Assembly: GCA_965235115.1 (NCBI GenBank)
Contig: OZ249439.1
Span: 22,940,001 to 23,004,000, forward strand
Direction: 5' to 3'
Source: Laetmonice hystrix
Lineage: Eukaryota
DNA length: 64,000 nt
Part shown: one piece after another, positions 35,801 to 47,240 of the stretch
Layout of the letters: each line of letters begins with the position of its first letter
Numbering within the stretch: position 1 is the stretch's first letter
Made by a program: the position numbers and the translations under genes
The notes under the pieces: model-generated
The model's input: only the letters and a program-made list of their open reading frames with translations
What the model was told of the DNA's origin: nothing
The model's database searches: none

Positions 35801-37624
35801 ATGTCGGAGAGGAGGTCCTTGCCCGCTGGTCGGACGAAGGCTGGTATTACAGAGGTACAAAACTAAAACGTTTTTACATTTGTTAGATGATAGAATATCT
35901 TGTGGACTAATTGGTCCTTAAATGCGTCAGAAATTGACAATCAGGTCAAATAATGTGGTATGGATTTTACGTGGTAGAAAAAGTGTGCCAAGTGTAGATG
36001 GTGATGGGAATGTAAAAAGTCACTAAGGCTAAGTTAGTGTCAGTGTTAATTTTCCATGTTACTGATTGGCCACAGGGACAGTACAGCAGGACTGCGAGGA
36101 CAGGAGTTACTTTATCGAGGATGCTGTCGGTAATGTAGAGAGGATCTACCGGGAGGACATTATCACTGAGAGCGACGACGCTGATGTTTACATACAGGTG
36201 CGCCATGTGTAAAGTCTTGAGTGAATAGTTTTAAAAGTGAGAACTACAAATTGAGCCCTCTCTAGAAATGTGAACTGCTTGCTCCATAACTGATGTTTTG
36301 CAAATCATACTCTCGAAGACAGCTGTCTAGGATTACGAGAAATTTATCATTTTAAATCATTTTAAATTAAACCATGAAATGTACCGATCCTTTTATTGTA
36401 GCCAAAGGATGCCGTTATAGCCCTGCATCCCAAGTACACCTTCTCGTATGCTCCTGGAGTTATCATGGACATTGAGTCGGACATGTGGATGAACGTACGC
36501 TTCTACGATGGGAACGAGGCACGTCTGCCACGTGAGGAAGTTTACCGTATCATACAGAAGAAATTCGAGTACGATGTGGCATACATCTTGAAGACTGAAG
36601 ACCAATGGGTCGGACAGGCTGTGGTGGCCCGAAACGATGAGTCGGGAGTATACCAACTCGGTAAGTCCTGCTCGGTTCGGTTTCTTAGGACGAGCTTGAG
36701 TTGAAATTTACAGCTCTTGCTTTTAAGTTGAGAATTTTTCAAAAACTGGGCCCAGGAGTTTAAGCAGTACATTTTAGTTCCAGCTTATACAAGAAACAGA
36801 GCCCTAGACATCTAACCCAGCCTTTATATGACAAAGTCATGTAAAGTAATTCCAATGTCAACTGACTGAATTGTTTGGTTATGTTTCAACCTTTGTTGAC
36901 TTTGATTAGTTTTCATGTTAGCTGACTAAATGTGTTCACCAGGATCTGTTCGGGAGAGAATCGGTGACGGACGTCAGTATGTCATTGAACAGTCAAACGG
37001 ACAGCTCTTCATACAGAAGGCCACCTGCATCTTTGGAGCGTTTACCAAACGTCACCCCCTGTCGATCGGGGACCGGGTTTTGGCCATCGCAGACTCCAAG
37101 TGTCTAATATATCTACCTGGATGGATAACAGGAACCAATGGTGAAAAACTTGTCGTCCAGTTCGCTGATGGCAGCACGTGAGTGAAATTATTCTTTTATT
37201 ACAAAGAGACATCATCCATTATTGATTAGCATTGATTAAGAAGATGTGTTTCTAATTTAACAAGAATTGATGTGCACGTTATTTGAGTGACCTGACATAT
37301 ATTCATACAGAGAACACTAGGAATGTTTAGGTTTAGATTTCGATTCATTCTGTTAACCTTTGCTGCAGGTCGAGCCACATCGATCCGATCCAGTGCTTCT
37401 GGCTGAGCGAGGACTACTACAACATGGCCACCGAATATTACCGCAGCTGTCAGTCTGCCATGACAGGGGGCGCTGCGGAGGGCACCGTCTGGACCGCGAA
37501 CAGTGAGCGGGTCACAAAGAAGACAACGTATGAACTCATCGAGGAGAAAGTGGAAAAGGTTGAGATAAAGTCAGATCAGGAGGAGCGGTCGCATGGAGAG
37601 GACAGCAGCGAGGAAGAAAAGTGA
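11869..37624 (+). CDS. VWA3B: von Willebrand factor A domain-containing protein 3B-like, about 1692 aa, 36 phase-consistent exons
   Basis: Exons: 11869-11926, 12189-12431, 16035-16126, 16331-16581, 17547-17706, 17960-18028, 18329-18429, 18787-19022, 19771-19964, 20103-20257, 20531-20669, 20842-21072, 21398-21580, 21776-21897, 21995-22218, 22594-22623, 23587-23613, 24412-24537, 24779-24830, 24943-25099, 25587-25705, 25888-25938, 26137-26362, 30431-30530, 30657-30781, 31019-31159, 31388-31485, 34675-34721, 35021-35124, 35254-35364, 35489-35612, 35744-35854, 36076-36197, 36402-36660, 36943-37177, 37369-37624. All GT-AG, total 5079 nt. Diagnostic blocks: ISTKKWLLNYGLK, RLDWLTSESRRIFG, PPGAGMREDV, IYILIDTSASM, GSTNT, AVYLLTDGRPDQ, RLNAIVWNALSQE. 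Start codon and micro-exons are less certain. Confidence 0.9.
14672..14685 (+). promoter_or_regulatory. Candidate RFX X-box in VWA3B intron 2
   Basis: GTTGCCATGGGATA against consensus GTTGCCATGGNAAC. Motif match only. Confidence 0.3.
16331..18792 (+). CDS. VWA3B: VWA3B first (divergent) VWA domain exons
   Basis: SICIVLDIKNM…KFNIIR…VDAVYLFTEGS…VHLVSFN…KFLKNLANISGGRFH: a VWA beta/alpha pattern with a degenerate MIDAS (DxSxS absent). Confidence 0.75.
16788..17372. mobile_element. 585-bp PIF/Harbinger-type MITE with CTG TSD (VWA3B intron 4)
   Basis: Perfect 27-bp TIR GGCCCGGTTTCTCGAAACATCTCAAGG; CTG at 16785-16787 and 17373-17375. Internal 22-bp repeats AGTGACGTCGTTCATTGTC at about 17172-17225. 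Confidence 0.88.
19332..19432. repeat. Short local duplication (about 45 bp, twice)
   Basis: AACATAATTTACATCATTGTCTG(T/C)TGTGCCATTGCATG occurs twice about 55 bp apart. Confidence 0.75.
20531..21580 (+). CDS. VWA3B: VWA3B second VWA domain exons
   Basis: IYILIDTSASM (DxSxS MIDAS), GSTNT, VYLLTDGRPD, IHTISFN. Confidence 0.88.
25287..25589 (+). repeat. 35-bp minisatellite (8.6 copies) that includes the VWA3B exon 21 splice acceptor
   Basis: Unit CTCTGTCTGCTGTGTTGTAGATAGTATACATCTTG; units 1 and 6 carry the variant …TTGTTCATGTTATAC…. The last partial unit supplies TGTAG|ATA of exon 25587. Confidence 0.92.
31749..32158. mobile_element. MITE-like element with about 31-bp imperfect TIRs and a CCCTAA-like core
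   Basis: Left GGTACGTAGAAATGCTGAAATATGCAGAAAT against reverse complement of the right end GGTGCGTAGAAATATTGAAATACACCGAAAT. The core at 31940-32020 is homologous to the reverse complement of 60990-61100. Confidence 0.65.
32825..32900. repeat. 19-bp tandem repeat, 4 copies
   Basis: CGTATCCCA(A/G)ACACTAGAT units. Confidence 0.85.
33870..34060. repeat. 44-bp minisatellite (about 4.3 copies)
   Basis: TTTTGTTGTTGTGGCCTCTGCCAGGTGATGCAACATGCAACCCA units; explains the overlapping repetitive ORFs in the track. Confidence 0.88.
36678..36753. mobile_element. Short relic of the Harbinger-MITE family seen at 53981
   Basis: CGGTTTCTT…GAGCTTGAGTTGAAATTT…AAAAACTGGGCCC resembles the arms and TIR of 53981-54221. 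Confidence 0.45.
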
Positions 37625-39036
37625 AATACTTTCCTGATGTACCAGTAGCAAAGTGGCATAATCCTGCAGTTAAATTGTTTTGAAGGTGTTTTTTTTTTAA
37701 TTTTTACGAATACATAGGAAGTTAAAAAGTTGCCATACGGCATGTTTGTTGCAACCTAGTAATCTGAAGTTTGTAAAGATGCTGACATAGACAGATGTTT
37801 TGTTTTTATCGTTTCCAAAATAAACAAACATGAATCCGTTGGCCAGTACCTAATTTCACGATGCCATATCTAGCTTTAGAATTCCTAATTATGTAGCAGA
37901 AAGTGAGATATCAAGAGTCATAGGTGGGATATACGGTAGTAATATCCAGAGATACAGAGATGATTGTTACAAAAAGAATATATAAATTCTAATGCTTAAA
38001 ATCAGTTTTTGTGGACACTATGACAAGCATCGTGACTGTGTACACATGTGCAATTATTATCCAACGATGTAACATAGAATAATTGTAGAATCCATGTTTT
38101 AGCTATTTTAAATATATAAATGAATTTTAGTCTTCTTTGACAGTGATATTGGAGGGTGAATTTCATGGAGGTGTTAACGAAATGAGATATAGGCCGACAC
38201 CACGTTGGTTGTTATTGTGATATGTGATAATTCTGCAAGAATTCCATGGAATCACTGCTTTGGGTCCACAGTGTTACCACAGTGTTACCAAAGGGTTACC
38301 TGTATTGTTAACTTGATAAAGTTATTTACATAGTCATGTCGTCATGGCGCTAGTCCTTTCCGCATAGAATGTGTAAAAGACGGGTAGACTTCACTTGATA
38401 TGAAAACCATTGTGTCTTTTCATTCTTATTTCAGCACTGCATAAAGAGAAGATTTTGTTTAGCCCTGTTTTAATGATTTTATTTGTAGCGAATTATGTCG
38501 TGTTATGCCATGTTGCAATCTCCCAGCTTAGCAGCTGTAAAAGAGAAAGGGACATCACGACAGATTTTTAACTGAGGGTGTATATGAGCATAAATTATGA
38601 TAACATATCATACCTGTTAAAATATATAGAAATGTAGTCCCTTTAAATATAAAAGGTAACTCAGCTGAAGGCCATTGAAGCAATTCTAGGGACCGCCATG
38701 TACTTATTTGTACATGTATACCATAAAGAGAATTTTTAAATATGTACCTGTCCTTTACTTTTCTCTTTTTTTTTTCTTCAGTTTTTGAAGAAAGTATATT
38801 GAATCACTTTTACAGGTTGTGTCCGTCCAAGTGATGCCAGTATATGGTACACATGAAACAACCCGTCCAATTGTTGTCATCACAATCGTGTGTTGTAATC
38901 ATACATGTAAACAAATCTAATTTATGTTTCTCCTTACATAGAAGAACCTGTACATTTTACTTGTTATCATGTTATCAGCAGAAAACAAAATTAATTTTGA
39001 TTCAGTAGAATGAGATTATATGGTCACAATACGAAA

Positions 39037-42000
39037 CTAGACCTGTCGTGGTGAAAACCACGATGGATCCCATCCCTTGGGGGGCATGTCCCTATGACTT
39101 AGTAAGGTCATTATGACGTTTATAAATGTTGGTGTCAATTGAAAGAGCATGTATGATTTCCTATTCATGTTCAGTAGTAACCATGGCTTTATCTCCCACC
39201 GTTTAGGAGTTATAGGCCTTAGAAAATATAGATAACGCCACTATGACGTCATACGTCATGCTACGTCATTAAACTTGGCCTCAGTTGAAAGAGCATGCAT
39301 GACTTCCTATTCGTGCTCAATAGTAACTGTGGCTTTATCTCCCACCGTTTAAGAGTTATAGGCCCTAGAAAATACTGATGACGTCATTATGACGTCATAC
39401 GTCACGCTACGTCATCAAACTTGGCCTCAATTGAAAGAGCATGTAGGACTTCCTATTCGTGTTCAATAGTAACTATGGTCCTATCTTGCACTGTTTTCGA
39501 CTTATAGGCCATAGAAGATAGACGTCATTATGACATCATACGTCACGCTACCTAATAAATGTTGGCGTCAATTGAAAGAGCATGTATGACTTCCTATTTA
39601 TGTTCAATAGTAACCATGGCTTTATCTCCAACCGTTTAGGAATTATAGGCCCTACAAAATATTGATGACGTCATTGTACGTCATGACGTTACGTCATGTG
39701 ACGTCATGACTCATTGTCAAAACAGAGTTGGTGACTATCAACATGTCCACCAAGTTTGACTTAGATATCTTGAAAAACGACCGAGATATGACTCCTGACG
39801 TCATTATTACGTCATACGTCACGCTACCTAATAAATGATGGTGTCAATTGAAAGAGCATGTATGACTTCCTACTCATGTCCAATAGTAACCATGGGTTTA
39901 TCTCCCACCGTTTAGGAGTTATAGGCCTTAGAAAATATAGATGACGTCATTATGACGTAATACATCACGCTACGTCATCAAACTTGGCCTCAATTGAAAG
40001 ATCATGTATGACTTCCTATTCGTGTTCAATAGTAACTATGGTCCTATCTTGCACTGTTTTCAACTTATAGGCCATAGAAGATACCAATGACGTCATTATG
40101 ACGTCATACGTCACGCTACCTAATAAATGTTGGTGTCAATTGAAAGAGCATGTATGACTTCCTATTTATGTTCAATAGTAACCATGGCTTTATCTCCGAC
40201 CGTTTAGGATTTATAGGCCCTACAAAATATTGATGACGTCATTGTACGTCATGACGTTACGTCATGTGACGTCATGACTCATTGTCAAAACAGAGTTGGT
40301 GACTATCAACATGTCCCCCAAGTTTGACTTAGATATCTTGAAAAACGACCGAGATATGACTCCTGACGTCATTATTACGTCATACGTCACGCTACCTAAT
40401 AAATGTAGGTGTCAATTGAAAGAGCATGTATGACTTCCTACTCATGTCCAATAGTAACCATGGGTTTATCTCCCACCGTTTAGGAGTTATAGGCCTTAGA
40501 AAATATAGATGACGTCATTATGACGTAATACATCACGCTACGTCATCAAACTTGGCCTCAATTGAAAGATCATGTATGACTTCCTATTCGTGTTCAATAG
40601 TAACTATGGTCCTATCTTGCACTGTTTTCAACTTATAGGCCATAGAAGATACCAATGACGTCATTATGACGTCATACGTCACGCTACCTAATAAATGTTG
40701 GTGTCAATTGAAAGAGCATGTATGACTTCCTATTTATGTTCAATAGTAACCATGGCTTTATCTCCGACCGTTTAGGATTTATAGGCCCTACAAAATATTG
40801 ATGACGTCATTGTATGTCATGACGTTACGTCATGTGACGTCATGACTCATTGTCAAAACAGAGTTGGTGACTATCAACATGTCCACCAAGTTTGACTTAG
40901 ATATCTTGAAAAACGACCGAGATATGACTCCTGACGTCATTATTACGCCATACGTCACGCTACCTAATAAATGTAGGTGTCAATTGAAAGAGCATGTATG
41001 ACTTCCTACTCATGTCCAATAGTAACCATGGGTTTATCTGCCACCGTTTAGGAGTTAAAGGCCCTAGAAAATATTGATGACGTCATTATGACGTCATACG
41101 TCACGCTACGTCATCAAACTTGGCCTCAATTGAAAGAGCATGTATGACTTCCTATTCGTGTTCAATGGTAACTATGGTCCTATCTTGCACTGTTCTCGAG
41201 TTATAGGCCATGGAAGACACCAATGACGTCATTATGACGTCATATGTCACGCTACCTAATAAATGATGGTGTCATTTGAAAGTGCATATGAATTCCTATT
41301 CATGTTCAATAGTAACCATGCCTTTATCTCCCACCGTTTAGGAATTACAGCCCTTAGAAAATATTGATGACGTCATTATGACGTCATACGTCAAGCTACA
41401 TCCTTAAACTTGGTGTCAGTGGAAAGAGCTTGTATGACTTCCTATTCATGTTCAATGGTAACTATGACCCTATCTTGCACCGTTTTCGAGTTATAGGCCA
41501 TAGAAGATACCAATTACGTCATTATGACGTCATACGTCACGCTACCTAATGAATATTGGTGTCAATTGAAGGAGCATGTATGACTTCCTATGCATGTTCA
41601 ATAGTAACCATGGCTTTATCTCCCATCGTTTAGGAGTTATAGGCCTTAGAAAACATTGATGATGTCATTATGACGTCATACGTCACACTACGTCATCAAA
41701 CTTGGCGTCAAATGAAAGAGCATGCATGACTTCCTATTCGTGTTCAATAGTAACCATGGCCCTTACCGGCACCGTTTATGAGTTGTAGCCATAGATAGCC
41801 AAATTGACCACTGTTCAAAATTTTGAGGTCACGTGACTCAGCGAATGTAGGTCAAACAATTGTAGAAAGGCGGATTCCTTTGGAACTCTAATTAGACACC
41901 ATTCCTTTGCACTTTCATAAAATTTTAATGAAAATTAAGGAAGAAAGAGGGATTTAAGCATTTTATGACCTTTGACCCTGATTTCAGACAGGTCAAAGGT

Positions 42001-42265
42001 CAAAGGTCAAAATATTTGCAAAAAAATTATCAGGACCTTGCCCAATTCTGACAGTGTCATCAGTTTTTGGATAGTATCCATATTGACTTTGAAAACCGTC
42101 CTAATAGTCACAACACGAATGACGTCATGACGTCATGACGTTACGTCATGTGACGTCATGACTCATTGTCACATCAGAGTTGGTGACTGGCAACATGCCC
42201 ACCAAGTTTGACTTAGATATCTTGAAAAATGACCGAGTTATGACCCCTGTTAACAATTGTTAACA

Positions 42266-42297
<32 letters not shown>

Positions 42298-42372
42298 GCG
42301 AATAATAATAATACGGAAACCGAAACCATACAATTTCTAGATCCCATCCCCTGGATAGGGGATGGGATAATT
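39037..42372 (-). mobile_element. DINE-1/HINE-like non-autonomous Helentron (about 3.3 kb) with internal satellite
   Basis: Read on the minus strand: T-rich flank; 12-bp perfect hairpin ATCCCATCCCCT-GGAT-AGGGGATGGGAT (42341-42368) then CTAGA; (TAC)10 microsatellite at 42268-42297; core tandem array; second sub-terminal copy ATCCCATCCC (39067-39076); 7-bp hairpin TCGTGGT-GAAA-ACCACGA (39046-39063); terminal CTAG (39037-39040) into a T-run. This is the same layout as Drosophila DINE-1. Confidence 0.75.
39108..41790. repeat. Satellite array: 146-bp monomers with a 568-bp higher-order repeat
   Basis: Anchor AATTGAAAG at 39429, 39570, 39846, 39992, 40138, 40414, 40560, 40706, 40982 and 41128 (spacings 146,146,276 from 39846 onward). 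Distinct module TTGGTGACTATCAAC at 39728, 40296 and 40864 (568 apart). Confidence 0.92.
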
Positions 42373-42419
42373 AAAATATCTTCCAAGTTGAGTTGATTCT
42401 CTGCATGTTTTACCTTGGA

Positions 42420-42645
42420 ACAAAAAGATCAGGATTTTTCGCGGGGGGGGGGGGGAGTTTCGACAATGTGGCGGTCAAACCGCCTCATCAGGAGCGCCGA
42501 AAGCGTGTGTCAATATCAACGTATAAAAAAATTCCCCCCCCCCCACTTTCTTCTTTTCCCAACTATATTGTCGATAAAAGGGGTGTGTGCGACCCAAATG
42601 AAGTCCCTCCTCCCCCCCCCCCCTCCCCGCTTTAGATACTCATTT
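42420..42645. mobile_element. G/C-tract MITE-like element (degenerate)
   Basis: GATCAGGATTTTTCGC(G)n … (C)n…TAGATAC ends resemble the GGATCCAGGATTT/TGGATCCGC end family also seen at 60134-60388. Confidence 0.35.
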
Positions 42646-42708
42646 GCCATTTAATATGCCCTGAATGTGGTCTACTTTTAAATTGACAAGCCTCATGCTG
42701 ACATATAT

Positions 42709-45473
42709 GGGTCAGGCTTTTGAACGATGTACAATTGGCCATATTCAGACTTTTAGCACTTCAATCCCCTACAGACAGTTTCCATTTGCTTAACAAATTA
42801 TCTTGTTGGTGTCATCTTAAAAAGAACTGACAGGGCTTTCAGGAAATGTATACTTTTGTACACTTTCACTGATTCTTCTACCAGCTGGAGGCTTCCTAAG
42901 GTCATAAAACAGTGAAAAATGGCAGTTTTGCATTAAAATAAATTAGTTAGACCTCTCACGTGACTTTAAAAGATATATTAATGGTAATATTCAGCTATGT
43001 GGAGTAGCAGGCATATATTGGGCAAAATTCAGAAAATTTTGAGAAAGCTGCAACCAATAATATTGTAATCGTCAACATTGGAAGTGAAAGAAGTCAGTAT
43101 AACGAACGTCCGGTATTGAAATATTAATGATCTGCACCACAAATTCCAGCTTGCTTTCAGAAGTTTAAATGGTGCCTAAATTTAGTGGTTCAGCCACTTA
43201 AGTAACCCTGCAAAAAGTGTGAGTGACCTCTGCAGGCATACCGAAAGAGGGCACTTTAACCAAAATTATACTGGATAACCATCACGGACGTTCATTTTAA
43301 TTTTCAGTCATTGGCTCGAGTAAAGTATATTCTGGTAGTAATTCTTCTCCTAGCCAAGTCTATTTACAAAGGAGAGACACGATATTGTGTGTTTTGAGTG
43401 CCTGTTTGCCGTGGGATATTCAATTCCAGCCGAAAAATGAATATTGCTAACGTCCGTGTTGAGAACGAACGTCCGAGACCCAAATCACGGGGAGGGGGAT
43501 AGCACTGCCCCCTAGTGTAGATGCTGCAAACTATACATTGCGTATATTCCGCCGTGAGGTGCACCATCACATGCGAACGATTATTGAAGCTCACCAAATC
43601 GTGGATTAAAAAAAATTCAAAAGAAGTAAGTACACAACCACCACCACTCGTCCTGGAAGGGGGCAAAGTACCATAGATCATGTAGGCATAGCACATTAAG
43701 GGTTATTTTGATGCAAAACACTTCTATGTTCATCGTGAATGTGCTAAGCACCGACGGCAAAATGTATACATTAATAGATTCACGTGTTTTACGTCGGATG
43801 AACGTCCATGACGGTAATCGCGAACGTCCGGGATGTGAAAGTAACACTTTCAAATATCACTCCTGTTTATTGAATACGTTGTTTAGCCCTATGTATTGAA
43901 TACAGTTTGTTTGGATAATACTATTAGTGTAGAATTAACACATTTTCAGCAGTAGTTAGGTATGTTCTTGGTCTGTAGATGGTCATCTAATGAGAGTTCG
44001 ATGATAATTTTTTAGGTATTTGAGATTTAGCATCATATTATGTCACAAACGTTATCTTGCTTTTGTAAACAAACTTTTTAGAGGATTACTGTATGTGTAT
44101 TCTCGTATTTTAGTACAATATAACGTGATTGCTCATGATATTTCAAACATTAATGACACTCAGAAAGGTTGTCGGAGTAACCATCATGGACGTTCGCTCA
44201 TGAAACGAAAACTGATATTACTCATATGCCAAAGGTGTCTGGCATATCTTTTGTAGTGAAAATTGTTTGTTCACGAGGAGCTCTTCCATATGGCAAAATA
44301 GGAAATACCGTGTAATCCAGCAAGTTATAAAAAAAAACCAAAACATTTTCATCATGGACGTTCGTTATACAAACATTTGCACGAAATCCATACTTATAGT
44401 TGGATGACGTTCATCAGATTTTTACAGTAGCTGCCCCTCGTGTCTATCCTTCATTCCCAGTACATACCCCCAAAAACAAATATACAAAGTTTCCGTTTTC
44501 ATCACGGACGTTCGCAATTCAATGTTTCCCTTGAAATATCTGTGTTCAATATGGGGAGACCGAGTCAGGGGCGACTGGGGACCTATTGGCCATTTTCCCC
44601 CCTTTTTTCCATGTAACTTTTGATACATTATAGCCATAAATATAGCAATTATAGCCATTTATATAGCCATAAATATATAGCAATTTGTACAGTGCATCTG
44701 GTGACATGTCAGCTACATTTAACAACTATAAAACTATGGTCAGTACATTGCAGGAAACAGTAATTATTTAAGTGGTTCTGACAGAGGAACATATTGTTGG
44801 CATGAGAACACTATTTCTGGTTAATAAAAGACTTCTTCTAAGCAGCAGAACTCGGTAGTTGAAGTTACTATATAGTTTCTAGAAGACGTCCGTGACCGTT
44901 ACCCGAACGTCCGTGATGAAAACAATGCTCAGTTTGAGCAGGTATTGCAGGCCATATGGGTTAGATACGTTCTATACAGTACTTGATGAAGTTCCTATAC
45001 CTATTTAAGTGCAACATACTGGTATTTCAGCATACTCTGATATTCTTTTGGAAAATGAGAGGAATGTAAGCAAATGAAACGTATGACTGCAGTGTTTTTG
45101 CAATATACACATATTTTTGTGAAAGTTCCATGGTCTGTTATTTATATATGGTTTGGAGTAGACAATCGATGCTGCACATAGTGACAGATACATCTCTCCA
45201 CAGTACCTAGCCAATTTCTGGTCTATATATGATGTAGATTGTACCAGTTATGTGGCTATACACTCTAAATGAGGTGGTTTCAATCATGGACGTTCCCCGT
45301 TTTGAGACACTTCACTTCAATGTTGAATAAAAACGGAACCGATGGGAGTATGCCGGTATAATTGGGTACGTTTTGAAGCTGAGACAATGGTCTTTTAACC
45401 TAGATAGGTTGTTTTTAGCATTTTCAAAAATCATAATTTAGCCTCAATTGTACATCGTTCAAAAGCCTGACCC
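42709..45473. mobile_element. 2765-bp non-autonomous DNA transposon with perfect 29-bp TIRs and ATAT TSD (Sola2-like)
   Basis: GGGTCAGGCTTTTGAACGATGTACAATTG at 42709-42737 and its exact reverse complement at 45445-45473; ATAT on both flanks. No recognisable transposase ORF. The superfamily call rests only on GGG..CCC termini and a 4-bp TSD. Confidence 0.8.
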
Positions 45474-45934
45474 ATATGCTGTACATAGGTCCCTATGTAG
45501 GTCGGCAGACAAGGGGGGTCATGATGGCCAACTCTTGCGGTTGCTGGCCCCCACTCCATTGGCTCCAGCGATAGCTGAGGCCCTGCCCCTATACCTTCTA
45601 ATTGGTCTGAGGGTTTTGGCGTTCCACCCGGAAAAAGGCGGCGGGAAACCCCGGTCTTTAACCACTTGCATGGAGTTTGAAGTTTAATTGATCGCTGAAG
45701 TGACCCGCATAGGGCGTACAGTATTACAAACTGCAATGAATCAAGTATATAAAACAACATAAAAACATATACACGCCCATAAAAAAACGGACAAAAGAGT
45801 TCTTGTGTACCGGATAACAAGACCACCAGAGACATCTGTCGACCAAGGTGGGAATCAACGCAAGTAGTAGACGAAGGTCAAGGACCAAACTTCCACGGGC
45901 ATGCGCAGTTTTGGTCAGAGACATTGAAGCTCCG

Positions 45935-46073
45935 CCAATCAAAAGCTCTCATTGATTGGGAGTGCTCCAATCACATTTCAGTTGGCGATCGTGGCGGACA
46001 AGTTTGAAACTACAATTTTATGCGGCTAACTTCGAGTACAATCAAGTTCGACGGTGTTTATTTATGTGATCGG
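45935..46073 (+). promoter_or_regulatory. KIF4 core promoter and non-coding exon 1 (three CCAAT boxes, CDE-like GGCGG, CHR TTTGAA)
   Basis: CCAAT at 45935 and 45967, ATTGG at 45955, GGCGG at 45993, TTTGAA at 46003. Donor CGG|GTAAGT at 46074; acceptor TTTTTCAG at 47442 one base before the ATG. Confidence 0.65.
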
Positions 46074-46811
46074 GTAAGTTGTTTTCCCCAGATATATGTT
46101 CTAGACTAGAGTAACATTGCAAATAATGAGATTTGGGGATTTGTTTAGACATGATGTTTTGTTGAGTCCATTTAGAAAAGAGAGAGACATCATCTAATGT
46201 GTGTTTGCCTGGCTGCCTTCGATCATTTTGATGTCCATCTCGCCGGCACTCGACCGGAACTGGTTAAACCGAGTTTTAACAACGGTTTTGCCGCTGTGTA
46301 CATCCACATTCTTGTGTGGTGGCACGACTGTGAAGTTGCATTTCTACTTAGTGTGGTTGAAGTTAAACCAAATAAAACCGGTGTGTCGGTGTGCAGTGGA
46401 GTGTGCCATGTGTGGGCTGCACCACTGACGGTGTTTTGAGAGCGGTGCGCCCCGCTCCCTGCACGCCGGGTAGCCTGGCGGGGAGACGGGGCGGGGAGAC
46501 GGCGAGCTGCGGCATGGATGTCGCAGGAGCAGGCGGAGGTGGAGGGGAGGGTACCGTCGTCGGGAGGCCTGGGTTGGCACATTGCAAATGCAGTTATACG
46601 TACAAGGTACAGGAAAATTGTCGGCACCGATTCCTTATCAGTTCTGGCAACAAATTAACCATGAGGCATGACCATCATTGTCATGATCAACCGCACATGC
46701 AACACCATCAGGGCCGTGCCCAGAGATTGGTGCAGGGCCAGGGGGTAACTTATTGGTGCGGGTGGGGGTTACATGTGCCATGTGGACGGTTAGGACCTGT
46801 AAAAAGCCCCC

Positions 46812-46842
<31 letters not shown>

Positions 46843-46990
46843 AGATCAAGGAAAAAAAGTTAAGATCATGGTAACCTCGATACATAAGAATCAACGTAAG
46901 ATTTTTCCAGGGCACGGCGGCAAATTTACGTCAATACGATACATGGAAAAGGCACGACGGCAAATGCCGTCGTGTTATTCGAGGCCTGCT

Positions 46991-47006
46991 TTCTGAAACC
47001 GGGCCC
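46991..47006. mobile_element. Isolated Harbinger-type TIR end
   Basis: TTCTGAAACCGGGCCC matches the right TIRs at 17372 and 54221; no left partner found. Confidence 0.3.
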
Positions 47007-47075
47007 ATGCAGGCCGGGGGGGGGGGGTGTTTCTCTATGGCATGGGGTACCGTTTTAACATTTATTCCTACCTCT

Positions 47076-47240
47076 AAAGTGATATCAATAAATGAATTTT
47101 TGATATCTCTAATTGAATTAATGATATCTCTAATTGAATTAATGATATCTCTAATTCAATTTTTTATATCAGAAAATCAATTTCTGATATCTCTAATTCA
47201 ATTTCTCATATCAATAAATCATTTAGTGATATCTCTAATG
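47076..47240. repeat. 21-bp degenerate minisatellite in KIF4 intron 1
   Basis: GATATCTCTAATTGAATTAAT and variants, about 8 units. Confidence 0.8.
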
